A stretch of 64,000 nt of DNA, from NCBI RefSeq assembly GCF_018350175.1, contig NC_058368.1, forward strand, positions 164,178,001-164,242,000. The letters are read 5' to 3'. Position numbers and translations under genes: made by a program. Under the pieces are notes generated by a model. It was not told the DNA's origin and searched no databases. It saw only the letters and a list, made by a program, of their open reading frames with translations. Below, piece after piece: positions 1-13,553 of the stretch (position 1 is the stretch's first letter; each line of letters starts with the position of its first letter). Source of the stretch: Felis catus. Its lineage: Eukaryota.

Positions 1-734
1 GTGTGTGTGTGTGTGAAGGGCTTGCCTTTAGCAGTTTTACTGGTGCATAGGAACCATTAATGAGTAGATGAAAACAAGAAATTATGTATTAAGGAGATTA
101 CTTGTAATGATTAATTATCTGTTCTTCTGTTAAATATGGATCCTTGTTCTTGTTTTGGTGAAGTAATATTTACAGAGCAGAAATAGAGTCTGCCCAAATC
201 ATGTGTCTTGAAGTCCTAGAGTTCACAGTCATGCTAATTTATTATTTTTTTTCTGGATATCTGTGTTTTTATGTAAGAAGTAGTGGGCTAATGCATTTTG
301 GACTTAAGCTATTTTGCCTTTCCTGTTTGCTACGATGTTAAAAATGACTGGAGTCTGTTGGACTTGTCTTGTGCCTTTGAAACAGGAATATATGTGTGGG
401 AAAGCATCATAAGAAGGCTTTATTATATACCATGTATTTTTTATGTTATAATTTACTAGTACCTTATTGGGTCCTATTTATTAAAATATCAGAAATGATA
501 ACTGTAGGCAAAGTCCAGATTTGGGGATCCTTTCAACCTGTCATTAGAATAAAAACTTGCATGGACACCATTAAATTACATAGACTCCAAAGTGTGTTTA
601 AAACATGACATTATTTCTTTAAATCCAGAAAGATTAAATTATTATGTAAACAAATAAATACATTATTTTAAAAAAAGGTTTATGTAATATTTCTCTTCTT
701 GTTTTGGGACCACTCTTTGGAATGATGACAGATG

Positions 735-958
735 TTTTTTTAATATTTATTTATTTTTGAGAGAGGGAGAAAAAGGGAGGGAGAGACAGAGCATGAGTGG
801 GGGTGGTGCAGAGAGAGAGGGAGACACAGAATCTGAAGCAGGCTCCAGGCTCCGAGCTGTCAGCATGGAGCTGGATGCAGGGCTTGAATCCATGGACCAC
901 GAGATCATGACCTAAGCTGAAGCTAGACGTTTAACCGATTGAGCCACCCAGGCAACCC
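735..958 (-). mobile_element. Can-SINE (SINEC_Fc-type)
   Basis: Reverse complement of SINE head (GAGCCACCCAGGC at ~941-953), (GA)n linker and T-rich tail. Confidence 0.93.
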
Positions 959-1059
959 TCAAAATTTATTAAAAGACATAAACTATTGTTTTCTGTTTGA
1001 TGAATTTGTATTATTTTTGTTTCTCTTTTAAGAGGTTAGGGTAGTGTGGCTTTGGAAGA

Positions 1060-1830
1060 ATGGAAATAAAATATTTCCGAAGTTCTAAATCCTTCAAGAT
1101 AAAATATGCAAAACTTGTTGAAACTGCTTTTTATATTTATATCCCAATATGTAACACATAGTAGATTCTTAATATTTGTCATATGGCCATTTTGATGGTT
1201 GAGTAATATTTCACTAAATAAATAAGCCACAATTTATTTATCATCTCTCTTGCAATGTAAATTTGGAATTATTTTTTTTAAGTTTTGGACAATTATAAAT
1301 AAATCTGCAATGAAAAAGAATATGAATATATATTTCTCATGGACATGTTTTTATTTCTATATTGTAAACATATAGGTATAGAATACCTAAGGTAAGTATG
1401 TGTTTTACCTTCAAATAGATTGATAAGCAATTTTTCAAAGTTGTACCACCTCACACTCACTGACAATGTGTAAGAATTCTAGTTTTTCCATATTCTTGCC
1501 AAAGTGTCTTATCAGTGGTCTTATCAGTCTTTTCAATTTTAGCATAGCTGGTGGCTGTGTATTTATAGGTAGGTGTATCATTGTGATTTGAATTTGCATT
1601 CCCCTCCTGATACTATTGATATTAAGCATTTTTCCATATTGTCTCTGGTTATTTGGTACGCTCTTTTTTAAAATGCCTTTTCAAGTCTTTTGCCCATTTA
1701 AAAAATTGAGTTGTTTTCATTTATATTCCTACACTGATCTAAAGGAATTCTTTATATGCTCATGATACAATTCATTTGTCAGATATCTGAGTTGCATATA
1801 TCTCCTTACAGTCTGCATATGTCTTTATTA
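1060..1830 (-). mobile_element. Old L1M 3' fragment
   Basis: Diverged antisense L1 ORF2-end motifs (TTTGCATTCCCCTCCTGAT, TTTTGCCCATTT); ORF 1435-1629 resembles the IREMQIKTT region. Confidence 0.75.
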
Positions 1831-2367
1831 GATCAGTTTTAAGTTAGAAAAAGTAATGAAATGTTATCCCTGATTATACCAATTGTTGTCAAGGATATAT
1901 AGCAATAGAAATTCTCCTTTACAGTTAATGGAAGTGTAAATTTCTCCAACCACTTTGGAAATATATTGTTACAGAGGAATAAATTTGACTATTTGCAAAT
2001 TGTATGACCTGGCATTTTAGTTTTAGGTATACATTTAATAAAAAATATGCTTGCTTATGCAGCAAAAGACATGTACATGAATGTTTATGGAAATATTACT
2101 TATAGAAGTAAAAAATTAAATACAGACCAAACATCATTACTAGAAAGGATAAAGAAATTGTGGTACATTCATACATTGGAACATTATAGAACAATGAAAA
2201 GAAATGAATCATAGCTACACATGACAATATGAATGAATTTAACAAACATAATGTTGAGTGAAATAAACTGAATACAGAATAATAAGTAATAATGATTCTA
2301 CTACTAGAAGATTAAAAACATGCTAAGCTAAACTATGGTATTAGTAGTAAAGAGAGTGGTTAATTTT

Positions 2368-3138
2368 TTGTATTGCTGCAAACAAAATACCTTAAAACTT
2401 AGAGCCTTAAAACAATAATAAACATTTATTATCTCATACTGTATGTGAGTCAAGAATTCTGGAGCAGTTTGGGTGGTTTTGGCTTAAGAACTCTAATGAA
2501 GTGTCAGTCTAAATGCCAGAGTTTTGGTAATCTGAATACTTGACTGGCACTGGTCTACACACCCCAAAATGGCTCACTCATGGGGCATCTGGGTGTCTCA
2601 GTAGGTTAAGCGTCAGACTCTTGATCTCGGCTCAGGTCATGATCTCATGGTTCATGAGATCGAGCCCCACTTCATGCTCTGTGCTGAGTGTGTGGAGCCT
2701 GCTTGGGATTCTCTCTCTTCCTTTCTTTCTGCCCCACCCCGGCTCGCACTGTCTCTCTATATATCTGTCTCTCTATCAAAATAAATAAATTTAAAAAATG
2801 GCTCAGTCACATGCATTTGTTAAGATACCTTTGTTCCTTATTGACTTTACTAACAGTCCCTTCATTCTTCCCCATATGGGACTCTCCGTTGCGCTGTTTA
2901 AGTGTTCAAATGACATGGCAGTTGGCTTCCTCCTGAGTGAGTGATTTAAGAGTCCTTGTAAGGAGGAAGCATGATGCCTTCTATAATCTATTTCCCAAAG
3001 CACACACTGCCAATTCAACTCTATTCCATTTGTTAGAAGCAAGTCATTTACTTTAGTTCACATCAAGGGGAAGAGAATTGGGATCTATCTTTTGAAGGTA
3101 GGATTATAAAGCATTTATAGACGTATTTTAAAACTAAT
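2368..3138. mobile_element. MaLR MLT1-family LTR with a SINE inside
   Basis: TATTGCTGC..AACAAAATACC..AAAACTTAG..TTAAAACAA..ATTTATTATCTCA and CATGGCAGTTGGCTTCC motifs typical of MLT1. Confidence 0.75.
2582..2794 (+). mobile_element. Can-SINE
   Basis: GGGGCATCTGGGTG head, (CT)n, A tail; TSD AAAATGGCTCA(C/G)TCA at 2566-2580 and 2795-2809. Confidence 0.95.
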
Positions 3139-3558
3139 TACCTTTGGAGAGAAGGGAGGAGGTAGTTACTGGGAGGGGACATGAAGTGAGGAACTTGTAG
3201 GATACTCTTTCTTAATTAAGTATTGCTTACATTGGTATGTTTCCTTTGTGGTAATTCACTGTGCTCTAGACTTCGTGAATTTTTCTGATCGCATGCTTTG
3301 TTACAATTGAAGAGTTAAAATGTTTAATGCTAAGTTTATTTTTCACTAAAACAAGTAGCTATTTGAAGAAATGCTTTTAATAAATACACAGAATAAAAAA
3401 TATTGGAAGTATAAACAGGGTAATTAATCATGTAGATGATCCCTTTTTCTGTTTTAGCAAATGTTGTACCATAAATTGATATTTCCTATGTCTACTAGGA
3501 CACTAAAATATCCTGACATATCACAATATATGATGGTTCAAGGGACGGTTCAAAATGC

Positions 3559-5832
3559 TTTTTTTTTAGCATTTTATTTTTCATCATGGTAAGTGTACTC
3601 TTTAATTCTCATCTCCTATTTCCCCCATCCTCCCACCCAACTCCCCTCTGGTAACCATCAGTTTGTTCTCTATAGTTAAGCATCTGTTTCTTGGATTGTC
3701 TCTCTCTCTCTGTCTTTTTCCTTTGCTCATTTGTTTTGTTTCTTAAATTTCACATGTGAGTGAAATCATATCATATTTGTCTTTTTCTGACTTAACAGCA
3801 TTAAACTCTCTAGCTCTTTCCATGTTGTTGCAAATGGCAAGATTTATTCTTTTTTATGGCTGAATAATATTCCATTGTATATATATATACTGCTCTTCTT
3901 TATCCACTTCTCTGTGGATGGATATGTGAACTGCTTCCATAGTTTGGCTATTGTGAATAATGCTGCAATAAACATAGGGATGCATGTGTCTCTTTGAATT
4001 AGAATTTTTGCATTTTTTGGGTAAATACCTGGTATTGTAGTTTTGATTTGCATTTCCCTCATGATGAGTGATGTTGAGCATCTTTGCATGTATCTGTTGG
4101 CCATCTGTATGTCTTCTTTGGAAAAATGTCTGTTCATGTGTTCTGCCATTTTTAAATGGATTATTTGTTTTTTGGGTGTTAAGTTGTATCAGTTCTTTGT
4201 ATATTTTGGATACTAACCCTTTATCAGATATGTCATTTTCAAATGTCTTCTCCCATTACATGGTTGCCTTTTAGTTCTGTTGATGGTTCCCTTCACTGTG
4301 CAAAAGCTTTTTATTTTGATGTTGTCAAAATATTCTATTTTTGCTTTTCTTTCTCTTGCCTCAGGAGACATATCTAGCAAACTGTTGCTAGAGCCGACAT
4401 CAGAGATGACTACCTGTGCTCTCTTCTAGGATTTTTATGGTTTCAGGTCTCACATTCAGGTCTTTAATCCATTTTGAGTTTATTTTTTGTGTGTGATAAA
4501 AGAAAGTGGTCCCGTTTCATTCATTTGCATTTGGCTGTCCAGTTTTTCAGCACTATTTGTCGAAGAGACTTTTTTGTATTGTGTATTCATTTCTCCTTTA
4601 TTAAAGATTAATTGACCATATAATTGTGGTTTTATTTCTGGGTTTTCTCTTCTATTCCATTGATCTGTTTATTTTTATGCCATTACCATAGTGTTTTAAT
4701 TACTACCACCTTGTAATATCACCTTGTAATATAACTTGAATTGTGGAATTGTGATACCTCCAGTTTTGTTTTTCTTTTTCAAGATTGCTTTGACTATTTT
4801 GGGTCTTTTGTAGTTTCATACAAATTTTAGGATTGTTTGTTCTACCTCTGTGAAAAATGCTGGCAGTATTTTGACAGGAATTGCATTAAATGTGTAGATT
4901 GCTTTGGATAGTATAGACATTTTAACAATATTCTTCCAATCAACGAGCATGGAATATCTTTCCATTTCTTTGTGGCATCTTGAATTTTATTCATCAGTGT
5001 TTTGTAGTTTTTGGAATGCAGGTCTTTCACTTCTTTGGTTAAGTTTATTCCTAGATATTTTATTCTTTTTGGTGCAATTGTAAATGGGATCGTTTTCTTA
5101 CTTTCACTTTCTGCTGCTTCATTATTAGTGTATAGGAATGCCACAGATTTTTATACATTGATTTTTTTTATCCTATGACTTTACTGAATTCATTTATCAG
5201 TGTACTAGTTTTTTGGTGGAGTCCTCAGGGTTTTCTATTTATAGTATCATATCATCTGCAAGTAGTGAAAATTTTACTTCTTCCTTACTAATTTGAATGC
5301 CTTTTATTTACTTACGTTGTCTAAATGCTGTGGCTAGGAATTCTTGTACTATGTTGAATAAAAGTGGTGAGAGTGGACATCCTTGTCTTGTTCCTGACCT
5401 TAGGGTAAAAGTTCTCAGTTTTTCACCATTCAGTATAATGTTGGCTATGGCTTATATATTGATATAAGGCTTTTATTATGTTGAGGTATGTTCCCTCTAC
5501 ACCTACTTTACAGAGGGTTTTTATCATGAATGGATGCTATACTTTGTCAAATGCTTTTTTTCTACATCTATTGAAATGACTATGTGGTTTTTATCCTTTC
5601 TTTTATTGATGTGACGTATCATGTTGATTGTTTTGTGAATGTTAAACTGCCCTTGCATCCTGTAAATTTCACTTGATTGTGGTGTATGATTTTTTTAAAA
5701 ATATATTGTTGCATTCAGTTTGCTGATTTTTTGTTGAGGATTTTTTATATTCATGAGAGATATTGACCTGTACTTCTCCTTTTTTGTGGTGTTTTTATCT
5801 GGTTTTGGTATCCGGGGGATACTGGCCTCATA
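3559..5832 (-). mobile_element. 5'-truncated carnivore L1 (ORF2 3' part plus 3'UTR), degenerate
   Basis: Poly-T at ~3559-3568; ORFs 4842-5144 (IPFTIAPKRIKYLGINLTKEVKDL) and 3844-4149 ([15 protein letters not shown]...IREMQIKTT) are L1 ORF2; frameshifts and an internal deletion near 4034. Confidence 0.96.
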
Positions 5833-7699
5833 AGTCACTTCTAGTTCTTAGATTTCATGAGGCCATTAATTTTTTCCCTTGCTCAATTCCAGGGAGAAGA
5901 TAAAATCATTGTTTTCTTAAAATTCTAGTTACATTGGTTTCATGATATATTCATCACCCTAAGATTCCCCAGGACAAGGGCATATCCTGCAGGGAATGTG
6001 AGTTCCGTGGCCCTGGTGGCACTGTTTGGTACTGAAAAGTTGCGGCATTGTCTCTAATATTGGAGATGCAGATGCACCTTGCTGTTACTAAGGAGTTGCA
6101 TTTTCTTAGTGACTCTGTGATAAATGCTGCTGTGAAAAAGGAGCACATAAGTAAGGGACTCTCTTGGGTGTAGAGCATAGGGGAAGGGGCATCTCAACCA
6201 ATTCACTGGCCATTCTTGAAGTCAGTCCCCTCAGTCCCTCTGAAACAGGGCTAACACATTATTTTAAAGTGTGAGGTTAAACTCTGTGTCTTTAAGGTTT
6301 ATCCACTGCTTCTTTAAACTTTTGGAAGTGCATTCATGATGATGAATTCTGGTACTACTGATATGCAACATTACAAATGTGACAGGGGACACTTGAGAAT
6401 TATAGCAGAGTGTACTTTGGAGAGGTCCCATTTTCTATATGTAAAAGCCACTGGGTTCACTCTTTATATAATTCAGACTTGAAATGAAAATTAATATATG
6501 GTAATCAGAGTTCATGTCATGAGAATACTTATCTTGAGAATACCTCTTTTATCTAAGTGTTCATTAGCAAAGGTAATAAATCTAATATTCTCTCCCAAAT
6601 AATCATGCATTAAAAAACTATTCCTGAACTGGGATAGAAATGTGTGTCACCTGAATTAACTAAAGAACAATTTTGAAGAATTTAAAAATCAATTTTAGGC
6701 AGGTGCTAGGATTTTATTAACTATTTTTTACTTGGCTAGGAAAGACAACCATATCTCTTTATCAATCAAGGCTCATACACTTCATTTAGAATTTTTGACA
6801 TTTGTAGATATAAATAGAGTATCTGAACAAGAGCAGGACATTTAGGTGACTCTTTTAGTAGAGTTCTGAAGGATGGGGTTATGCACACTAATAATATGAT
6901 TATCAAAATTGTTTCTGATGATGTATAGTATTGAAAAATGGGTCTGATGATTTCTTAGTCTGCACTCTACCTAAGGGAAATGGAAATAGATGAAAAGATG
7001 TATAGCAGTTAAAAAGATCAGGATACTGAAAGAGCAGTTATCATTATTACAGTAAATTTGGTTTGGAACATTTGAAAATGAGCCTGAGCACTTGGTTGAT
7101 AACCATTGCCCTGAAGAAACCTACAAATGATTTCCCTTGGAAGTAGGCTAAGGAAGATAATTCCAAAAGGACCTTCTTGATTATACTTAATAAGCTTTCA
7201 GCCTGTAATGATGTCCATGCACATGAGATGAACAAATTCCTGAAGTGGACTTCCGAATTCAGCAGGTTCTCAGGATTTTAAGTAAAAGTGGTCCTTTGTG
7301 CTTCTTGCCAGTGGAGGTCCATATATGTAGGTTCATTTATATGTGCAAATTGGAATGCACATGTATGCCGTATTTAGAAAATACAAATTCTCATTCTAAT
7401 GTACATTTGGCTATTTGTGTTGATGTCTGTGAGGTTGGGTATTACTTAGTAGAAATAGCATAGTGATAGTCATTTCATTTACATTTTATAGGTTTGTACC
7501 AGGTGTGTGTCACTTCATGTGTTCACTTATGACCCAGAAACAGCTCCATATCAAGCCTGTATTTGTGAGTATATATGTGTTTGTAGGTTTCTATTTTAAG
7601 AATACAAAAGTTAATTATATTCACCTGAACAGTGGTATTCTCCTTTGGATGGGATGGCTTAAGTCAGGCAACTATATTAGGTGAACATCATGGTAATGA

Positions 7700-7920
7700 A
7701 AATCTTACAGGAGAGGAGGTCTTTGGAACAGGACAACTTGGACTTGAATCCTATTTATAATGCTTACTAGCTATTTGACTTTAACACCTAGTTTCTTCAC
7801 TTGTAAAAGGTGAATAGTGATGATAATAGCACCTGCCTCATAGGATGTTTTTAAGATTAAGTGAGATAACAAATGAAAAGTACCTAGCACACGACTTGAA
7901 ACACACTAAACCATAAATAG
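7700..7920 (+). mobile_element. MIR
   Basis: Core-like GTTTCTTCACTTGTAAAAGG..ATAATAGCACCTGCCTCATAGGATGTT..GATTAAGTGAGATAA. Confidence 0.85.
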
Positions 7921-8695
7921 CCAGTAGATTATTATTGCTGTAATTCTTTCTAGATCAGTAAACTTCATGAAAGGGGTGGTGATGGTGGTAGAAGTGCCAT
8001 CTATTTTATTTCCAGCCCAACCAGCTGCCTCACCATTATGTGCTGTGGGCCAGAAGAGCAAAGAGATTACAGATGGTCTGGAATGAGTCATTCCTTCTGC
8101 CTGAGAATAATTTAGAATGAATTTGGGGGTTCAGTCTTCACAATTCATCAATATTCTATCATTTCAATAGGCAAAATTAGAAGGCTGAAAGAGGAATGGC
8201 TAAGTCTTCAAAATTTGGTATTCCAGGGCATTTTGGAAGAACTTATTCAAGATAGACATACATGCCAAGGTTGAAGAATACAAGTGGAGCATGGAGTTAT
8301 TTAGAGAACATTCACAATTCTAAAAAGGCAATGTAGGTAATTCATAGCAAATAGGGGTGGCTTTATAATACAGTTTTCATCAATAAACATTTGTAAGCAT
8401 CCAGGAGGGCCAAGGCCTTACCTGGCACTAGAAATTACTGAATAATTGCTTAACTCCAACTTTCACTTTAGTAATGGAGACATGGTCTTACATTGGTGCA
8501 TAAGGGAGTATTCATGATGAGAAATGATCACAGTAAGATTTTATAATGACTACTGAAAAACATGCCACACATGGTTTCAGAATTTTGTTGGAGCAACTGA
8601 AACTATGATTATGTTCAAATATGACATATTCATCAATATGACTTTATTTAATGTGCGAGCTGTCCTAATGAAATTTTTAAAAGACTTGAAAACAA

Positions 8696-8884
8696 GGGAC
8701 ACCTGAGTGGCTTAGTTGGTTAAGCGTCCAGCTCTTTATTTCAGCTCGGGTCATGATCTTGCAGTTTGTGAGTTCAAGCCTTGCATCAGGCTCTGCCCTG
8801 TAGGTGCGGAGCCTGCTTGGGATTCTCTTTCTCTTCCCCTCTCACTGCACCCCCTCAAAATAAGTAAATAAGCTTTAAAAAATA
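8696..8884 (+). mobile_element. Can-SINE
   Basis: SINE head; 17-bp TSD AAAAGACTTGAAAACAA at 8679-8695 and 8885-8901. Confidence 0.95.
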
Positions 8885-8982
8885 AAAAGACTTGAAAACA
8901 ACATTTATTTGATGTTGTTTTCGTATCAGTTGACACTATTCAGTTTTTAGTTAGCTTTGCAACTACACCGCTCACACACCGT

Positions 8983-8983
<1 letters not shown>

Positions 8984-9017
<34 letters not shown>
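8984..9017. repeat. (CA)n microsatellite
   Basis: Directly visible. Confidence 0.98.
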
Positions 9018-9018
<1 letters not shown>

Positions 9019-9572
9019 AACCTTGGGGGAGTTCCCTCAGAAAAATATGTAAAGATCCCAAATTTATTTCCGGCTACGGCAAGATAGCTTAGAACAGATA
9101 GAGTGAGTACTAATGAGTAATCTACCAAGTGAAACTCTAAAGTCTGTTTTGCCAGTGGACTTGATATAATTCATGTCAGCATGGAAAGAATAGATTAAGA
9201 ATGGACAGTTTGGACTCACTCATATATTGTGCTTGGCTCATTAGCAACATTAGTGTACCTTGTTAGGTAACTACATACATCAGCCTTGAATGCTATGCAA
9301 ATAACCGTAAAGTTACCTTTTATTTTCAGAAAGGAGCTCTTAATTGCTACATTGGTTACATCTTCATCTTTAATAAAATGTTCCATTCTTTTTCTTTTTT
9401 TTTTTTTGAAAAGAAATCAACAGAAAAATACTTTAGACCTGGGGTTTCTCAAACTTTGTATAGACACGGCACGGGGACCCATTTTGTTAAAATGCAGATT
9501 GTACTTCATTAGGTTTGGGGAGGGAATTGAAAAGGTAGGATGGAGACCATCAGTAGAAAATAATCAGCATCT

Positions 9573-9798
9573 GGGGTACCTGGGTGGCTCAGTTGGTTAA
9601 GTGTCCGACTTCGGGTCAGGTCATGATCTCACAGTCCATGAGTTTGAGCCACGCGTTGGGCTCTGGGCTGATGGCTCAGAGCCTGGAGCCTGCTTCGGAT
9701 TCTGTGTCTCCCTCTCTCTCTGCCCCTCCCCTGCTCATGCTCTGTCTCTCTCTGTATCTCAAAAATAAATAAACATTGAAAAAAATTTAAAAAAAAAA
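9573..9798 (+). mobile_element. Can-SINE (SINEC_Fc)
   Basis: Full head, (CT)n, AATAAATAAAC, A tail; flanking AGAAAATAATCA repeat. Confidence 0.96.
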
Positions 9799-10259
9799 GA
9801 AAATAATCATCTTATGAAGGAGACTAGATGGAATGACTTATACACAACACAGTGAAGAGTACCGGGCCGGATGCCCAACAATACAAATGTCCTTTGAGAA
9901 CTTAGATTACCTCAAGAAAATGAAGAAAGGAAAGTCAGAATGGATGGGAGTGGAGGAAAGAATCCTAAGGAATGACTGCACTTGGCTGAGTGGTAGTAAC
10001 AGAGATCAAAGTTTAGAGTAGAAATGATTCTTTAACTTGAATTGCAAAGACTGAGTTATCATCTAATCACTGGGAATTGAGGAATCAAGGCTAAATGAGT
10101 TAAATTAAGTTTAACAATATAATAATTAAGTTACGATTTATTAACTTGAGTTCTGTGCCTATATCAATTCATAACATCTATAGTAACACAATGATAATAA
10201 TATTGCCATCCCTACTTATTTCAATTTTAATTAGTAGAAACAAATATATTCCTATTGAA

Positions 10260-10792
10260 ATTCAGAGTAGAAATCAGCTTCAGGGATAATCAAGTCATGT
10301 CATCTCTCTTCTTATAGTCTTTGAACACTTTTCGTTGTTTTCTGCATAAAGCCCCACATCCTTTATGAAGCCTGAGAGACCCATGAGATCTTGCTCCTTG
10401 CCAGCTCCATAGCCCCATCTTGTTCTGTTGGCCCCATCACTCTCCTTGTTGTGACCACACATTCTTTTTGACTTTTTAAACTTGACCTGAACTTTCCCAC
10501 TTCAGGCCTTTTCAGATATAATTCTCTCTGCTTAGAAGATTTCCCCCCTCCAACCACAGGTCGTTTCTTTGTTAATGGCTTCCATATCACTTTGTGTTGC
10601 TCCTTTATAGAAGTTATCGTAACTGAAATAGGTTTTTGTTTTGTCATGGATAACGTAGGACTTCCCTTACAGGATGTGGACTCGAGTGTTTCAGAGACCA
10701 TGCCTATCTTTTTGCTGACATCCCAGTATATAGCACAGGCCTGGCATGGAACTCATTAATATTCAAGGAGTGAGCAAGTGAATGAGTGAATG
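10260..10792 (+). mobile_element. L2 3' end
   Basis: Pyrimidine-rich body ending GCACAGGCCTGGCAT...GAGTGAGCAAGTGAATGAGTGAATG. Confidence 0.75.
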
Positions 10793-13080
10793 GTATGATC
10801 CAATACTCTCATTTTACATGAAGATGTAGAGAGTGATGAGTCTGAGTTTTCCAGATATGCTGAACTATAACCAAAGGTGTTTTATTGTAACTCGGGAAGA
10901 GAATGGGAGCAAAATTTTCTCCAATCCTTCAAGATACTCAAAATAAATTTAAGAATATCATCTAGTTTAAGAAATCATTACCCCACCTTCTACTGTCCCA
11001 TCCTTTTTTTGTGTATATTATGTTTATGCTTATTGGCAAAACACGCTCTTAAAAGAATCATTGGTTATACCTGTTTTGCATCTCATATAAGGTGTTATGG
11101 CTAGAATATCACACTTTTATTTATCAACAGCAAGTTGGTCTCCTTGGCTACCTTCTTAAATTTTGTGGGTTGTTTTTTGAAAAATGAACACCCATCAAAC
11201 CAACAATTGGCCTCTATAGGTATTTTTTCCCCATGTTAGACAGAAAGCTACATGATATTTTGGAAAGATGTTTGCTATACCATCAATAGTGAAGCAGTAA
11301 AGACCACTGAGACAACCATACATGTCACTAGACAAATAAGAGTCTCAGCTTGTATTCTCTTATACAAAATCACACAATTTTAAATTGCACTAAATTGGTA
11401 CTAATTTGGCAATCTTAGCTTTGATATGCTCTCAGTCTTAAAATTCTAAGGACTTGAGACTTGAAGGGCATTCACACCAGGTTTGAATGAAATGTATTTA
11501 CAGCACAGTGGGAGAAACATTTTATTTTATCCCTGGTTTTCACTAGGCTTCTTGGTGTCGAAGCTGTGGAACTAACCAAACCTTATCAATATTTAGCATC
11601 TCTTCTTTAAAATGACAAGCTTTAGAAAAATAATTCAGTATCAAGGTAAATAACCATATCCCTGGCTGCCTGGGTGTGTTTTAAACACTGCTGAGGAAAG
11701 GGAGCATTTCTCCTAAGAAAACTATATGAATGTCAGGCAACTGTTTTTTTTCTATAAGGCCTTATAAATAATAACTAACATTGTGCTAGGACAATAGAGG
11801 ATTTTCTCAATCTCCTCTGGGTTCCAGGTAGAGGACTGGCTGTTAGCTCGCATTTATGACAAAGTATTATTTTTCTGCTAAAACAGATGGATTTTGAATT
11901 GACATTTTGACATCACAGGAAAATACATACTGTCCTTTCAAATACTCCTCTCGGATACATCAGGAAAACAACTATTAAGTGAAATGTATGACAGCAGGAC
12001 TTCATTCTACTTTTCTTATTCGAGTGTTTATTTGTTTGAATTGGCCATAGATAGGTTCCTAAAGGATTTGAACTGTGTCAGAAATGATTTGATTTAAGTC
12101 AAACAACGAACACAATCACACCTTGTCACCACGCCCCAAATGACTTTTTGGGGGGGGGGGATGGGCCACCTTCATGGGCAAAATGTAATATGTTCAGTAA
12201 AGCTTTCCTGGGCATTGCCTCATTTGTAGGATATATTTAAGACTGGAAAATGACATAGTAATATTTACCAGATACAGATATTAACAAAACAATTTCTACT
12301 CCCATAAATGTAAATATGGAAGTGCCTAGAGACAAGTATGTGACAGCTTGAAAATAGCGTATAAATTATATAGCATACTGGATAGAGATATTACCAGAAT
12401 AATTTCTATATCTATAAATGTAGACTTAGAAATATGTTAGAGTTTTGATTACACAAATATTTACTCAGGGGAATTATCACAGTGGGGATTTTTATTGTAA
12501 CTGTGTGTTTGTTATCGGGTGGTTGGTAAAGATTTATTGATTATTCCATTTACTTAGGAATGGGGGAATATTCAAATCTATTTTATTTTTTATTTGAGAA
12601 CTTCCTATCATTCTTCATGTGCAGATTTCTTCAAGTTTTCACATATTTGAAAGGTTAGATTTATTTCTTGAACTACATACTGAGTTCATTCCTCTGGATT
12701 TATTTTCCATTTATATATGAGGTTGTTTCTAATGTAAAAATACACCTTATGCATTTTGGCAACCCAGTTAAAGACATGCGTTCTGGTCACATCTACCTTA
12801 TCCACGCTTACCCTCTTTGACCATATGAGCCATTGTATTAAGCAGTAGATCATTGTACTTTTTTCCTTCAATCCTTCACAAATCATTTTCAATCATTTTG
12901 ATAAAAGCTGTTAGTCTTTATTCATTTTACCTTTCAAAAGGACTCAAAAGGCACTGGATTCTAATTTGCATGCCTAACCCAGTCTTGTGTTGTTATTAGC
13001 AGTACACTTTGCTTCTCCAACATGAAATTAAGATAGAAAAGTACTATTTTGTTGAAATAGTAAATGACATGATAGGCAAA

Positions 13081-13130
13081 TTCTTCTTCTTCTTCTTCTT
13101 CTTACTACTACTACTACTACTACTACCACT
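13081..13130. repeat. Compound (TTC)n(CTA)n microsatellite
   Basis: Directly visible. Confidence 0.97.
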
Positions 13131-13288
13131 ATTGGTATTAATATTGCAGGCATTTAGCTATGACTTTTTTTCTCAAGAACTTAATTTGTAAAGCTGATTA
13201 AAAATTATATTCAGTTTATATTAACTGTATCCTTTAAGAATCATATTTCTAAATCTTGTGATTAATACTATAATAAAAGAGTGTTTCA

Positions 13289-13459
13289 GGGCACCTGGGA
13301 AGCTCGACTGGTTAAGTATCCTACTCCTGATTTTGGCTCAGGTCATGATCTTAGAGTCACGAGATCAAGCTCTGCATCAGGCTTGGTGGTGGGTGAGGAG
13401 TCTCTCTCCCTCTGCCTTCTGTGTGCACACTCTCTCTCTCTCTCTCACACACAAAAAAA
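13289..13459 (+). mobile_element. Older Can-SINE
   Basis: GGGCACCTGGG head, CTCAGGTCATGATCT, (CT)n; flanking AGTGTTTCA repeat. Confidence 0.88.
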
Positions 13460-13553
13460 GTGTTTCAAGGTCCCCTTTCCTTTATGTCAAACTGGTTCAG
13501 TAAGCAAAGTGAAAGTCAGGGCTTTGATTCTCTTCTTAGATGCCCCTTTATTT

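Larger units (their letters stand above)
1870..3320 (+). mobile_element. Old L1M 3' end, split by an MLT1 LTR
   Basis: CAACCACTTTGGAA, TGTGGTACATTCATAC, AACATAATGTTGAGTGAAA motifs; resumes after ~3140. Confidence 0.75.

Noticed and set aside
3844..5144. Reverse-transcriptase-related ORFs as an active element or novel system
   Set aside because: Ordinary truncated, frameshifted L1 ORF2.
6005..6025. CTCF-like GGCCCTGGTGGCAC
   Set aside because: Only a partial core match; cannot be supported from sequence alone.
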